From the NCBI GenBank assembly GCA_051362555.1, contig CM120641.1:20088001-20152000 (forward strand): a stretch of DNA of 64,000 nucleotides. Direction: 5' to 3'. The stretch's first letter is position 1. Each line of letters opens with the position of its first letter. A model generated the notes under the pieces. The model was not told where the DNA came from. It worked only from the letters and a program-made list of their open reading frames with translations, and searched no databases. Shown here piece by piece: positions 1-14,336 of the stretch. This DNA is from Lingula anatina. Lineage: Eukaryota; Animalia; Brachiopoda. Both the position numbers and the translations under genes were made by a program.

Positions 1-722
1 ACATACTGGCTTGTACATCTCTGGGCATTCTTTAGGGCACTGGGCACTGATGCCTAGAAGAATATAATGTAATCTTTAAACTGTTTTATCAATATTTCAT
101 TAGATTTCTCTAAAAAAATATCTGATACATATGAGTACTACCTATTTTTCTCAGAATATTTGATATAGGAAATACTACAGAAAACCGCTTTATATCCAGC
201 AAGATAGAGCACAATGAAGTTGATATTCACATCAATAATTAACCTAGTATTTATTTTAAAGATAACTGTGATGTCACAAGAGCTGGTCACAGGTTACATA
301 TAAAATATTACAGTCACTAAGGATCAGTAACTCACTCTGCATATTCTGGAATATTATTTAGTCTGTCGATGTTTAATTAATTGTAAAAATGTTTATTTTT
401 TGATACAAAAGTTTTAAAGGATAACAAACACTAAATTAATTTCAATAAATTAATTTCAAGTCTGAAAAGTGAATAATCTAAAAAAAAGAAAAAAGGGCAG
501 TGTAGAAAATGGACACATGGTCTCATCCTTTAATTTTGATCACCCTCTTTTCACATTTAATCCCTTGATCATGCAAGAAAATTCTTTTTAAAATTTGTAC
601 TTCAAATGTACAAATCTCATCAAGGGGTACACAAAAGTTCACTGTTATATCCAAAACAAACAAAGAAAAACAAACAACTTACCCGCAATGAGCAAAACTG
701 CAACAAAAATTTGTACACGCAT
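1..722 (-). CDS. Gene A (5' part only): secreted Kazal-domain protein; exons 722-683, 53-<1
   Basis: Exon 1 MRVQIFVAVLLIA(G) followed by a GTAAGT donor. Exon 2 follows a TAG acceptor and reads ISAQCPKECPEMYKPVC. Truncated by the window edge. Confidence 0.85.
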
Positions 723-1739
723 CTTGCTTGGTTTGTACTTGGTCTCTGATGTGATTTGTCCAATAACCTTGTAAATATTAAGTCACTGTATTGTTTGTTT
801 GTGTTAAGTATTTGTTTTGATTATCATCTAGTTAGTGGAACACTGAACCATCATTTATTGTCTAAAGAGGGGGCAGAGGGGTCTCTATTTCCAGTGTCTT
901 TTTACCCAACAGCATTTTAAACACATATAAAGTACACTGCATCATGCATGTGTTGCTAAGTGTAACCCCCTCAATAGATTTTTATTGCTGTCCTAACCAA
1001 TAAACAACAAAAATAAAAACACAGATAAAATGTGTACCTTTTCTCCCCTCTTCCCAGGGCATATCCCCTGGTACGGTCATCCAACTATCTGTCATATCTG
1101 TATATGCCACTCAGTTATTAATTAACAACAAGGGCATTGGACTAGAGTCCACCAAATCTGTCTCAGTGAACTTTTCAGTGCAAAACTTAATTGTATTGTA
1201 CAAAGTTTTATCTCTAAAAATGAATAGAAAATTTGTAATATACTATAATAAAGGTTATATTTTTCAAGAAGATGATAAGCCAGTACAAAAACCACTGAAC
1301 CATCCACTTTGAATGTTCATTGTACAAGAAAACCAAATCCAGCTAATGCTATGAGTGGATTGCTTGTTGTTTAGATCAGACACAAACTAGAGATAAAAGT
1401 GGGCAATAATTAACTGGAATGACATGCGGTGGGTAAGATCTTGGCTAAACTGCTATCTGCTGGTAGGTTTATCAGTTATTGTATGATACCCAAATGGAAG
1501 TAGGATGAAATAAGATGTCAGTCATTTATTTTCTTTATTATTATTTTTTTTTGTCTGAATTCTTCATTAATGAAAAACTGGTACATGTTTTGTAAATTTA
1601 AGTAATATCAAATCCAGTTTTCACCAAAAAAAAAAAAAAAGGAACATTTAATTGTTATAAACTATTTAAAACCAGGTGGATTTTAATTACAGTTCTGCAG
1701 CACTCTTTTTAAAAGCTGTAAATATATGGATTCAAGATG

Positions 1740-1745
1740 TTTATT
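1740..1745 (-). terminator. Candidate AATAAA polyadenylation signal of gene B
   Basis: AATAAA on the minus strand ~100 nt after the stop at 1842. The hexamer is common in AT-rich DNA. Confidence 0.4.
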
Positions 1746-1841
1746 CTCACTCGGATATTTTTTCAATATAATACACAAGTTTTTTTGTGTCTTCTTATGT
1801 TCTTTCATCTGAGGTCAGGCATACATGGTTGAAGGTTCATA

Positions 1842-3906
1842 TTAACACTCTCCTACTCCTGCCAAAGACAATGAAGTCCCTGCATTCTTAGCTTGACAAT
1901 ATGCCTGTTGGTAAAGGCAAACATTACCTGAGAAAAATAAAAGAAAAAAAATAGAGGCTATGTAAAATCCTCAATATATCTGTTCACTTAAAATAAAAGT
2001 TGCAAATAAATATAAAACAAGAAAAATATATGTTTAATGCTGATGGATTTTTCATTTCAATGTGTTCACCAGTAACTTTTTCTCAATTCAAGCCAAGGCC
2101 AAATAATGATAATAATATAAATTATAGTTATAATTAAGAAGAAAAGCAATGAAGAAATGATGAAGAAAAACAATGTGCAGGCAAATGTATTTGCATGGAA
2201 ATTATATTTTTACTAGCATCTTAGATGTATCTTCTCTTTTCTGTCTGTGAGTATCTGCAAAGCTTATGTTAAAAAAATTCCACTGTACTGGACTTACTGA
2301 ACCGGCTGTTTCATGAATTTGTATCTATACATCTCATAAATCAAAACACTTACGATAAGTGATTCCATTGCTGCCACACAGAGGTGCATAATATGAAGAG
2401 CAGGTGGTCAAGTTATTGCAGTCAATTGGGGTTGGGGTGGTGGACTGTGTGCCACATCTCCCTCGGTGTGCAACAGACACCTTCTCAAATCTCCCCATGG
2501 CAACACCGATACACAGCTGCACAGCCAAGTGACAGTGACTGCCTGAAAGCAAATTTAAAACAAGAGGAATACATCAGGATGAAAACATAAATGGCCCAAA
2601 AGAGAGAAACCAGGAATATAAGCACCACCGTATATAGCTGTAACCCCTAGTAGAATGCACTTGCATGGATTTTGCAGACTTTTTATACTTTTAGTATATT
2701 TATATATACATACAACATAAGCAATCATTATCATAGTAAACAGGCATGTGCAAATTACTGATAAAGTATTAAACAATCAACTTACTGTAAGTCTTTCCAT
2801 CTGTGCCACAGATAGGGCTATAGATGCTCATGCAATCAATACTCAAACACTTGGCCAGAAGCTCATTGCCAGTGGGTTTTGGACTGGTCCACTGCACCTT
2901 TGGGGTGGTCCCCCAGGATGGGGTTTTGGTGGAAGCTGGTGACTTGGTAGCTGGGACAGTAGACTTGGGTGGTTCTGGACTTGCCCCTTTGCAAGGTCCA
3001 TTTGACACCTTTACCACATCCTTGTTTTCTAATATCTTGAACATGCATGTTGATATCTGCAACTCGCAGTCATTATCTGGAATAGGAGATACAGGTGTAA
3101 TATTATGTGTAGGGGCTTTGTTTAAAATGACCATTTGAAAGGGAATAATTCAAGAAAGAAAGGAACAGATATAATAGTTAGAACAAAAAGTTTTCACAAT
3201 CATGTTCTAATTCATTCTTCAACTGATGATCAACATAAATTGTTTGTACGTAATCTTACCACAATTATTCAAATAGAAAGAAAAAAGACACCTTTAAAGT
3301 ACATGTGTATATGTCCCATATATAGCCAATCAGCCAGACTTCATATTTATTTATGTTTGACATGAATCTTTTGTAATTTTCCTGGAAATCTACCCACCAT
3401 ATGTTTGTCCATCAGAGGCACAGACTGGTTTATAACTGTCAGTGCACACCTGGTCACACTTGCTGACATCCTGGGCTGTTATGTGTGTCACTGCAAGGAG
3501 ATATCATGATTTCATTTTGATTTTTGTCTCCCAGCAATGTTTCAGTGTGCAAAAAAGCATCTTTTATCAACATTCATCTACTCAATATTAAATATGTTTT
3601 GAATTTATTATTAAAACAGAACATCATTTTATTGCCATTTATATTAGAAAATAATAAATTATGGAATCTAGCAAAAGAAGACATGTAGTTTATATACACT
3701 GTAATGAAGATTTTTGGACAGGGGTAAATTAAGTTGTTAAGTCTGATATACATATGCTAAATAAGACATAACTAATGTTGAACCTATCATTGTTTTAAAT
3801 TTTACAAAAAGAATGCAATCAATTATATCAATCACAATATGAAAACAGTAAAATGGATATTTTACTTACCACAAATGCATATAACAACTGCTATGAAATA
3901 ATTCAT
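1842..3906 (-). CDS. Gene B: secreted protein, 3 canonical invertebrate-type Kazal domains, short Ser/Thr/Pro linker, ~231 aa; exons 3906-3870, 3490-3398, 3076-2786, 2542-2354, 1927-1842
   Basis: Signal MNYFIAVVICIC-VTHITA. Domains [75 protein letters not shown]. Ends GVGEC*. All introns GT-AG phase 1; exon sum 696 nt. Confidence 0.92.
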
Positions 3907-5251
3907 TTTGTATGATACTCTGTTGTTTTGAAACAGGCTTCTTGTGTAGTCTCAGACAATATGTAGATTAAAGAGACAAACTAAGAGATCTAATCGGCAA
4001 ATCAAGCATGCAATCCTTATGTACACCTGTTATGTAAAGACAGTTTTCACACGCACTGCCCTCCCCCCCCCCCCCACCCCCACCCCCCCTGACAAAGTAC
4101 CCCAGACCAGCTAGCACTTGTTCCAAACTGGTCTTGTTTTGGTCACTGTACAGTATAATCATTTTTGCACCACTTGAAATGAGCCTTAGAATTTAATCAT
4201 TTACATTTGTACAAAAAATTACTCAGCATTACACTCAGGAATGGTAATGAAAGTTGATTATAGTGAATAATAATTTCTTTGGTTGAAATCATGCTACAAT
4301 TTGTTTGCAACATAATACGACCATCAAAGGATTCTTTTTTACACATTCCAAAATAGTTGTTGCTGGAAGACTTGGTCCTTATCAACAATCTAACCCTTTA
4401 AAAGCCAGGCTGTATTCAAATTTTGCACAGGACAGACACATGTGGACAGACCCTATGTAACAGGATTAATTCTGTGATAAGACTGTCATGCTTTCCATGT
4501 AAGGAGGGACAAAATGCAGCTGACTGACTTATTAAGATAGATCCCTAAGCTGGGATGGTCATAAATGAAAAGATTGGTCATAAACCCCATATGTAAGTCC
4601 TTGAAAGGAGTGAGGATACCAGTATAATATATACACTGTACATATTTATTTATATACAAAATCTGTACTCATTCATCAACTTCCCCCACCCCCATGCACC
4701 GAAAAAAAAAAAGGAAAAAAAAGTAGATAAATGTCAATCTTGCAGCTACATTTTGCCTTGAAGCAATGGAAGATTTATTTTCATTTCAAAAATCAAAATT
4801 GTCAAAACAGTTGCAATTAATTGCTAATTTACTCCAAACATTATAAGAATGCAAATTTAATATTTTGCATTATACAAAGTGTCTTGTAGAATTATTTTGC
4901 AGTATTAAAACAAATATGTCTGTGAAATTGTTTTAAGGGAAACCCAACAAGAATATTTTTAAATTTATATTTCTCAATATGCTTGGATTTATATAATGGA
5001 TTTGTTCCTTATATAGTAACTGACACATTTTAACTGCTGAAGTACTTCCAACTCCAAGCAATCAGGATAATTTGTGAGATGGGTTAATGTCTCTTGTGTA
5101 GTGATGACAAAAAATGTTTTTTTAAAGACGGGTAGAAATGGCATACCCCACAGATAAAAAACATGTTTAGCCTCTTTAGAAAAAAAACTATGTAATCAGA
5201 ATAATTCATATTGTAGTGATCATATTAGTTTGCATTGACCATTGTCGTTCC

Positions 5252-5959
5252 TTATCCTATCCATGGGTCCACATAGGTGCATTTCACTTCCTTGATAGTC
5301 ACCCCATATTGCTTGTATGCACACATAGCATGGTACAGCTCACACTGGTTGTCTGGAGGGTAGAACATGAAGAATATATATAAATTACTAAGAGAGAAGA
5401 TAAAATCTAAAATGATATCTAAAATGATATCTGTTTAATTCTATTTATTAGTATAACGCAATATACATACTAGTACTTATGGTCTTCAGTGATTTACAAT
5501 AAAACAAATTCTTAAGAGATTTTAAAATTAAGAATTAAAAATTAAGAATTAAAAAATCTAACATTGAATCAGAAAGAGGTAAACATTCTTAAAATATCTG
5601 AAACATTTGTTCTGCTAGGTAGATGACCATTTCCTTGCTTTTTAAAAATGATATAAATGATATCAACTATATTATGATAATATCCAAATACTAACTGTGG
5701 ACGCCTCCATTTGAGGAGCAGTACTTTTTTGTTTCATAAGAACATCCCCCAGCACATGGGTTAAATACAACTGTGCTGGGACAGGTTCCTTTGGAAACCA
5801 GAGTTAAGTTTCCTTTAAAAGCCACTGGCAAACTACTGTGTGTGTCACAAATGGCTTTGTAGAAACTGCATTCACTTGCTGAAATAGAAGATATGAAAAA
5901 GACAGTAACATATTTGGTAATCAGCAATTAATGCGAATAAAATGTTTGTCTCTCTCTTT

Positions 5960-6004
<45 letters not shown>

Positions 6005-6038
6005 ACACATGCACGCACATACCCATGCATGCATGCAG

Positions 6039-6093
<55 letters not shown>

Positions 6094-8536
6094 TGAAAAC
6101 CATCTATATCAAGAAAGATGCCATCCTGAAATCACTTTGTCTACCCAAAATGAACTTAAACAATGTTTATTGTAATAACTGCGTGATATGTGCCTTTCAG
6201 CATTAATAATTCAAGATCTTTGGACACATACTATATGTTTTTCCATCTGAACCACAATGGGGATCATATCTGCCAGAACATAGTCCATAGAGGTACTTCC
6301 TGCAGGCTTCAGCATGGCCAATGGCAGCAGGTCCAGCAGTGATGGGTTTCATGGTTGTAGTGAAGCGACAGGTACTATAATACTGTACCTTCATCATTCC
6401 TCCTTTAAGGCAGTTTTGGTAATCAAATTCATTTCGACCTGAAAGTGCAAAAAATGTTCATTCAACTTGCATTTTTTTGTTTATTTTTGCTCCAATGACA
6501 CAGTTTTTAAGGATATTCTTAATAGAAGTTTCCTTTTAAAAAAATCTATCAATATGAAGTGCACAAACAGACATAACAAAAATAATCATTGACATTGGCA
6601 ACATTTCTTACAATTACATACTTTCAAATGTATATCAGGATTTCCCTTTTCACCTTAAACTTCGATAAGTACACATTTGCCACATCTTTCATTACATTTA
6701 TCAGTTGAAGTAGAATATTTACAAAATTCTCAAATCACTATAATAGTAAATTTTATATCTGTAGGCTATAGTGACTTTTTAAAACTTCAACCTAACTTAC
6801 ATTCATAAGTCTTCCCATCACTGCCACATACTTTAGAATGGTAAAATTTGCATGGTTTATTGCTACAACTATAAGGCCTGGCGGTACTGCTACAGCTTCC
6901 TTGATGTGCTATGCCCACCAGGGCATTAAATCTACAGTTCCAGTAGGCCAAATTCTTTTGACCTGAATAAAAGTGAGTTAAATAGGTTTTTAATGCATTA
7001 TTTTGAATATAATGAATTCTAATCCATGTCCTCAATTCAATCTTGGAAAATGTAAAAAAAAATGTTTAGTTATATAATTAAGAACAAATTATATGAAATA
7101 AAAATTGGTACATGTACCTTTTGCATTGGTTTTCCACTATCACAAAAAAGTTAATTCCAGGCACATTGTCATTTATAAACAAAATAATAGTTTACAGAAT
7201 CTCTATATCATGTTATGTATATATTTATATCTCTGTCAACTTACATTTATAAGTCTTTCCATCTGTTCCACATACTTCTTTGTCATAAGATGAACAAGGA
7301 TTGTACTGACAATACTTGGCCTTGGTGGTGGTGCTAGGCATTTTTGTTGTTGAACTAATTGTGCTTTTCATAAAATTTGGTGTTAAAGTAGGTTTCTTAG
7401 TGGGGTGTGTCTTCATGTGGACTGTGGACAAGTATGTGGTTGTGGTTGGAGTCCGGGTTGTAGTGGTTGGCACAATGGATGTGGTTGAAGTAGTTTTCTT
7501 GGTTGTGGTTTTGGTTGTAGTTGTTGGTTCCTTGGTTGTAGTGGATGGTTTGATGGATGTGGTAGTTGTTGCTGTTGTAGTTTTTGTTGGTTCAGTGGTT
7601 GTTGTTGTGGTTGGTTCTGTGATTGTTGTAGGTGTGGTTGGTTCTGTGGTTGTTGTGGTGGTTGGTGCTGGTGTGGTTGTGGTAGGTTTTGGGGTGGTTG
7701 TTGGTTTAGTGGTTGTAGTAGTAGTAAGTGCTGAGCATTCAACTTCTGCAATTGCACTTATTTTTGCAACAGACAGACATGATGCCACCTGCAACTCACA
7801 AAGATTCCCTGAAATATCAGAATCTCAAATTAAAATATCACAAATGCTAAAGCCAAAGGGAAAAAAATTTAAGGTCTGACTTCATAATATACATTCCGAG
7901 AAGTCATAAATTAGATCAATCTTACAAAGGATACATGCTAACAATTTTCCACAGAGCTCAATATTATCTGAGATACTAACCATAAGTCCTTCCATCAGAG
8001 CCACACACAGGAATGTACTCCTCTGGACAGGGACTGTTACAGTTAGCAGGTAGCTGACTCTGGACAGCAACTACAAACAGTCAGATCTTAATGATTATTA
8101 TAAATGAAAGTTGCATTTTAAGGTGTTGCTGCTTCTAAAATGTGAAGAAAATTGCCTGCCACTGAGAACTGCTCTGGAACAATGAAAATAAATGTTCACA
8201 GTTACCACAGCAGAAGAAAGTTTGAAATGTCTCATTTTTATTTTTAGCAAAGTAAACTTCAACTCTTAATGGAAGCAACATATTCCCCTAAATATAGAAA
8301 TTTCATAGGTCATGAAATCATTCACATTTGGCACAAGGTGCAGGTACTACTAATATAAACCAAAAATAAAACACATAACTGTATGGAATATGTCAATCTA
8401 AATCTAAAATATTAACAATAAACATTCCCAGAGAATGCAGATGTAAAATTAGATTTTTAAAAGAAACAAATACTAGACACTTACCTGCAAAAGATAGAAG
8501 GACTAAAATAGCAGACATTTTCTTCTTGAACATCAT
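5252..8536 (-). CDS. Gene C: secreted Kazal/mucin-stalk protein, 5 Kazal-like domains, ~452 aa; exons 8536-8485, 8070-7981, 7808-7245, 6962-6801, 6438-6232, 5878-5696, 5352-5252
   Basis: Signal [22 protein letters not shown]. Head domain [24 protein letters not shown], Thr-rich stalk in exon 3, ends [13 protein letters not shown]. Exon sum 1359 nt, all phase 1. Confidence 0.92.
5963..6086. repeat. Compound (CA)n microsatellite in a gene C intron
   Basis: Two CA tracts separated by a CATG/CA-derived spacer. Confidence 0.95.
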
Positions 8537-9757
8537 GGAGAATTTGGCTTAAGTGCACGCAACCTCAACATAGTTATATCACTGAAATCTTATCAAGATG
8601 TCATTTGAAGAGGATTTGTCATTCAAACAACCTTGTGTAGCTCAGTTATTTGGGTAGATGTTTCAAAGTCTTTTGACTTTTGACCACCCTTCTTAGTCTT
8701 AGGACTACAGGTAGTTTGTTTATATACACAGTCTTTATGTTTGACACAGGGATCTTACTTGACATAAGAAAACCCATCAGATCATCTGATATATCATAGG
8801 GCTGTGGTGGTATTTCTAGTAAATACATGCCTGTATCTGGACACGTAAACCTCATTCTCTTTGTTTGAACCATTTTACTGACATATCAAAAATGAAAGAC
8901 AATCTTAAGAAATGGCAGAATGTTCTAAATAGATCACAAAAACACTTATGTTGTGTATTCACATAAAAGCATTTAATTAAAAGAACATGGGCATACTTGT
9001 TTCATAAGTGATAATGACCAGTAGTTGTACATGCATGATTCCACATTGCATTTGTTGAGATTTCAATGATTGCATGGGGATGTGTGCAAACAGCATTTTC
9101 TCTTGCTGTAATATATTTGAATGTACATTACATTATCTGGCCAGTTGTGTCTTACATGTATTGCATAAAACTCATGCTTTTAGTCATTAGTTTTATTTGA
9201 AGCTATCAATTGTCTATACGTAGATACAAATCTCCAACATTTCATCTCTTAACTCTTGGCAGTCTATTATATGTCTATAAAATATTTGATAAATATGAAA
9301 GATATGGATTTTTCTCTTACATGGAGGAATTTTAACTTTTTTAATTCTACAGAGAAGGTTTGTTTTATTTTGTAGAGTGAAAAGTTGACCATTTTGCTTC
9401 ATAAACTGGACGACTTGCTTCATGTACCAGTGCTTGTTAATTATTAAGCTTGTTAACTATGATAAATTCAATAACACTGTCAAATGTTCACAGCTAGCAG
9501 AAAAAAAGTTGTAGATCTAAATGAAAAAAGTCCAAGGCCCATTATTTAGTTACTTAGTCATATATCATGTAGTGATAAATATCAATTAATCCAATGTCAA
9601 AAATCATGACACCAGCATTTTCCAGCTTTTATTCTAGATGTTGTCAAGTGGTGCACAAAATCACCAACTTCCAAATATAGATTGCATTTGGTTATACACT
9701 TTAAAAATCCATCATATACTGCTGTGTATATATATATATAGGACGTGGGTAGTCCAG

Positions 9758-12700
9758 TTACCCAATAAGAGAGTCAATCCAGCTGCAGGATCCCACATAC
9801 TTGACTTTAGGGTAGCCATTAGCTTTGCTACACTGAGCTTGAACAAGAGAACATCCATCTGCAAATTGAAAAGCAAAGTAAGCCATATACTTCTGATTTG
9901 ATCACTGAAACAATGCTCCTGTAAATATGTATAATTATTTTACTTAAATGCAGCAAAAGTGCCGAATAATCAAGTGAAAATAATGTCTGGACTGAACCAA
10001 GTTTGATACAACTTCTTACTGACTTAAGCAAATGTTTAATTTACAATTTCATAAATGACAAATAATTTCTTATTTCACTACATGATTACTACTTAGTACT
10101 TACTATACGTATTCCCATTGTTGGCACAGAAGCGGGAGCTAACTGAGCAATTGTTAGCCTTATAGTCAGCACAGGCCTTGGCAACCATAGCTGTGATTGC
10201 AGGGTTGCATTTATTATAATAAGCAACCTTGACACTAGTTCCATTGCGGCAATTCCAGTAAGACGTAGCATTAAGACCTAGGGATAAAGATGTTATTCAT
10301 AAATACAGTTGTGTGTATAATATATGGAAATAATGATATAATATTTTATATAAACTAGCAATACCCAAGCATTGATCTCCATATAGTCAACACACAAGCA
10401 AAAAAGAAAAAAGGCAAGGCTTAATTCTTATTTCTTTCTCTCTCTCTCTCTCTCACTCTCTTTTTTTTTTAAATTTTTAGCAAAGTTATTATTTTAACTT
10501 ATCAAATCATCAATACTTACTTGCCACAAATTTAAATGTTTATATCTAATCTGAATACTTCATTTTTCATTTTTAAGATGTTTAATAAGATGACAAAGTA
10601 TTGCTGAAATGTTTAACAAAGAATATACAGACTGTAATCCATTCTTTAATGCGGTTACAGTCTTTTTACAGTGTTTAATTCAATTAAAGTGGATTATTTT
10701 CTTATGACTAGTCGAGTCTGCTTACATTGGTATGTCTGTCTATCAGTGCCACAGACAGCAGAGCTGGATGAAGAGCAGGAGGAGGAGGGACAACATGTCC
10801 CCTCATACTCCACACTTACAGACTCATTGTAGAGGCAACTGGACCATTCCATGTGCTCCTTGCCTAAAAAAGAAGCAAGAGATGTAGGCGAAGAAAAGTT
10901 CCATTTTAATTTTCTGATTTTTTTTACTGGTTTCATTCTTACCAGCACTGTATGGAACTGGCAAATGCAAGCAGGGATCAGTGCAACCAAACCTCCCATG
11001 GTTCACAAAATGCCTTAAGTTATCAATTTGTAATAAATTTTTCATCATCATCTACCTGTACACTAGCTCATTTGTTCATCTCTGTCATGCTTATGAAAAA
11101 AATGGAGTTACTTAATAATTTGGCATGGCAGTTTGGTACTCAATTACTATTAAGTTACCCAAAAAGTCAACAGTCAACTTACAGTCATAATTCTTTCCAT
11201 TACTACCACATATGGGCTTACTATCCGCTGGACAAGGCTTCGCAGGGCACTTGGCATAAATTGCTGGGGGTGCCACACAGCTGCCATAATGCAAAGCAGT
11301 GATGTTTGTTCCATTTCTGCAGTTCCAGTATTTAATGTCATTCTTACCTGTAAGAGGTACAGTGTAAGATAATCTTAGGTGTGATGCTAACATCGAGCTA
11401 TGTGTAATTGATTCCATATGGTAGTAAAATATGTACAGTAAGTCATGAATGAAATACTAACAATGAACTTGCAAATTGATGCAGATCTATAGATATTTCT
11501 TTAAATGAAAAAAATGAGGCTGCCTGGGCAAATTAGTACTCTGCACCTTTTTTGAATTAAAAAAGCATCAGATCCAAGGATCATTCAAATTCAAATATCA
11601 GTATTCCTTGGCAACACAACATGGAACTGGGAGTATATGTTATCAGTTTGCAGGTGAGCAAAAAGAACTATTTACATAATCACAATGAATTTTTCAAGTT
11701 TGAAAGTACCCCTGTAAATGTAGGGCTAATCCTAATAACCTCTTCCCCTTTTAGTCACTCTTCAACCTTTTTTTTGTAAAACACAGTTGCAGTTTTTCCC
11801 ATCACTCCTGCAAACTGTCCAGAAATAAAATCATTATCTAACCTTTTCAGTAAACTTACAGTTATAGTTTTTCCCATCATTCCCACACACAGCTCTGGAA
11901 TAAAAACTACATGGAACTCGCGTGCAACATTGCCATGGCAGCACAGTACTGTTATGAAGGCAGTTCATGTAGTCAAGAAATCCTTTACCTGAGTGGAGAA
12001 AATAAACATTACTCTTTGCTTTCACTTGAACTTCTTCACATCAAATTTATGATCAAAAATTTTTATGTAAATTATTATTAAATGTTTATAATTCAGGTCA
12101 GAAAATGAAATGATTTTTGTGGACATATTCAAAGAAAGTCTTATTAATTGATTAATATATAAATTCAGTAAAAAAATATTCACTCTTATCGAATTATTTA
12201 ATCTTAAACTCAATTATCAATGTATTAGTCGGCCAAAATAAAATCTGTAAATATCACTTACATGCATATTTCTTTCCATCATTTCCACAAATCTGAGTAT
12301 CATTACTGGAACATTCATTAAGGTCACATTTGGCATACTGGCCAGGTTTGGCAGTACAATACCCAGTGTGGACTGCCTTCACTGAGGAACCACGCCTACA
12401 GTTCCAGTAGTCCAGGCTCTTCTGACCTATATTGGAAAAATTCTATTATTATAATACTTTTTCTCCGAGAAGAATTACTTAATAATAATCAGAAATTCAG
12501 GCAATGAGAATATAACATAAAATGTTATTATACTTGACTATAATTCAATTGTTAGACATCCTGGCAACTGATATCAAATAACACTTAAAAAACTGCTGTC
12601 ACATTCTGCAAACCCGGTATGAATTTATAAAACTTATGATGTAGGAGATGATGTTTTTAAAAAATCAAAAAAGTTAAGTGTGGGTAAAAACTACTTTACC

Positions 12701-14297
12701 TTCTTAAACGGGCAAAGTTTAGTGTGAGTAAAGAGTACCTCAAAAACCACATGGTAATGATAAAGTTGATATTCTCAATGACTGAATTACCGAGAAAGTT
12801 GAAAATACAGTGAGCTTACATGAATACGTGGTTCCATCACTTCCACAGTATCCTGAGTGGGCTATCTTGGTGTTGGTGCCATTCCTACAGTTCCAGTAAT
12901 CTATGCTGTTTTCACCTGAAGTTCAGTAGAAATATCTATAATTTTTTATCAAATAATGAGAGTTATACTTTTGCTTTATGGCAGAATCGCAACTCTGCTA
13001 TGTTATCATTTTTACAATTAAGGCATTTGTGGAAATTGAGTGTTTATTTGGGGATTCTAGAAAACTGATGTTAAAATACAATTGATAAATACAGATCACT
13101 ACTAGCACCTTGATGAAAAAATAAGAAATTAATTATTCATGTCATATTTTTCTTTCAAATATGACTGTATGTTCACTGAAAAAAGAACAATGTTAACACA
13201 TACACTTTACAGACTTGTTATTGAAGTTGTTGGGATGGAATTCAATGTTTATCAGTATGTACAATTTAACAAGATAATTAAAAAAGAATTCCAAAACTTG
13301 GACAATACTTGACTATAAAAACAAATTTAAAAATAAAATATCTATCTTAAATATTGTATGTTAGGTAAGAAGGTTCTATTAAAGGTTTTATTTTGGATTG
13401 GGGGATAACAGTGTAAACATCAGGTAAAATTAATTTTCTGGTATCATTTATAATTTTCCAGTATTTCCAATTATTTTATTTTCAGTACAGTCACTTTCAT
13501 CTAAAGTTCCAAGCCTCTATATTATTCTAAAAATATAAATTTTTAAGACCATACTTCTTTTAACTTGTTTTAGTTAAGTGAACAATTTAAATGCATATGC
13601 TTTCTATATACATGTATGCACTTGCTTTGTACAAAAACTCCTTTTAGTGCTGGAGCAGTATTTTTACTTCTTAAAAATGATGCAACATGCAAATAATGAT
13701 TATCATTAGGTAAATAAAAATGGCTGCGTTATGAAAAGGTTAATTCCACATACCATCTTTTCACCTCTGAACACTCAACTCCAAGATGTATACTCACAAC
13801 TGTAGGTTTTTCCATCTGTACCACATACACTGCTAACGCTATAGTAACAGCGTCTTATGTTTTCACAACACTGGCCTTCATACAGGATTCCTATCCTGGT
13901 GTCCTGCAAACAGTTCAAGTAATCAAGGGCCTCTTTACCTGAAAAGCATGTAAACTTCCATAAGATGAGACAATATTACCAAATAATTGTGGTGCAAATG
14001 TGGTCAAGGAACCTGTTATAATGTATAAAAATGATTTTACATGTAAATTATAGTTATTTCTCACTTATTGTATTTGCATAATTTTGCTGTTTTTCTTTAA
14101 ATAAAGTATGAATGACTTTAAATGAAATCTCTTTTAGTGACATTATGTTAACTTTTTTAAATAATAAAAGTGTATAATAAGTATAATAAGTTAGGGAAAA
14201 ATCTATTTAAACTTCATTGTGACTATGTAGGAACAGTTTCTCTATTTTCTAATGGTTGACCACCTCTCTGTTAAAACCGTACATGTATGCATGCATG

Positions 14298-14336
<39 letters not shown>

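Noticed and set aside
4059-4090. C-run (G-quadruplex-capable on the minus strand) upstream of gene B
   Set aside because: Not shared by other paralogs; similar C/G runs are scattered through the window.
5921-6206. CVCVCV / HTHTHT ORFs here and at 14242, 24081, 36006, 36821
   Set aside because: Translations of (CA)n microsatellites.
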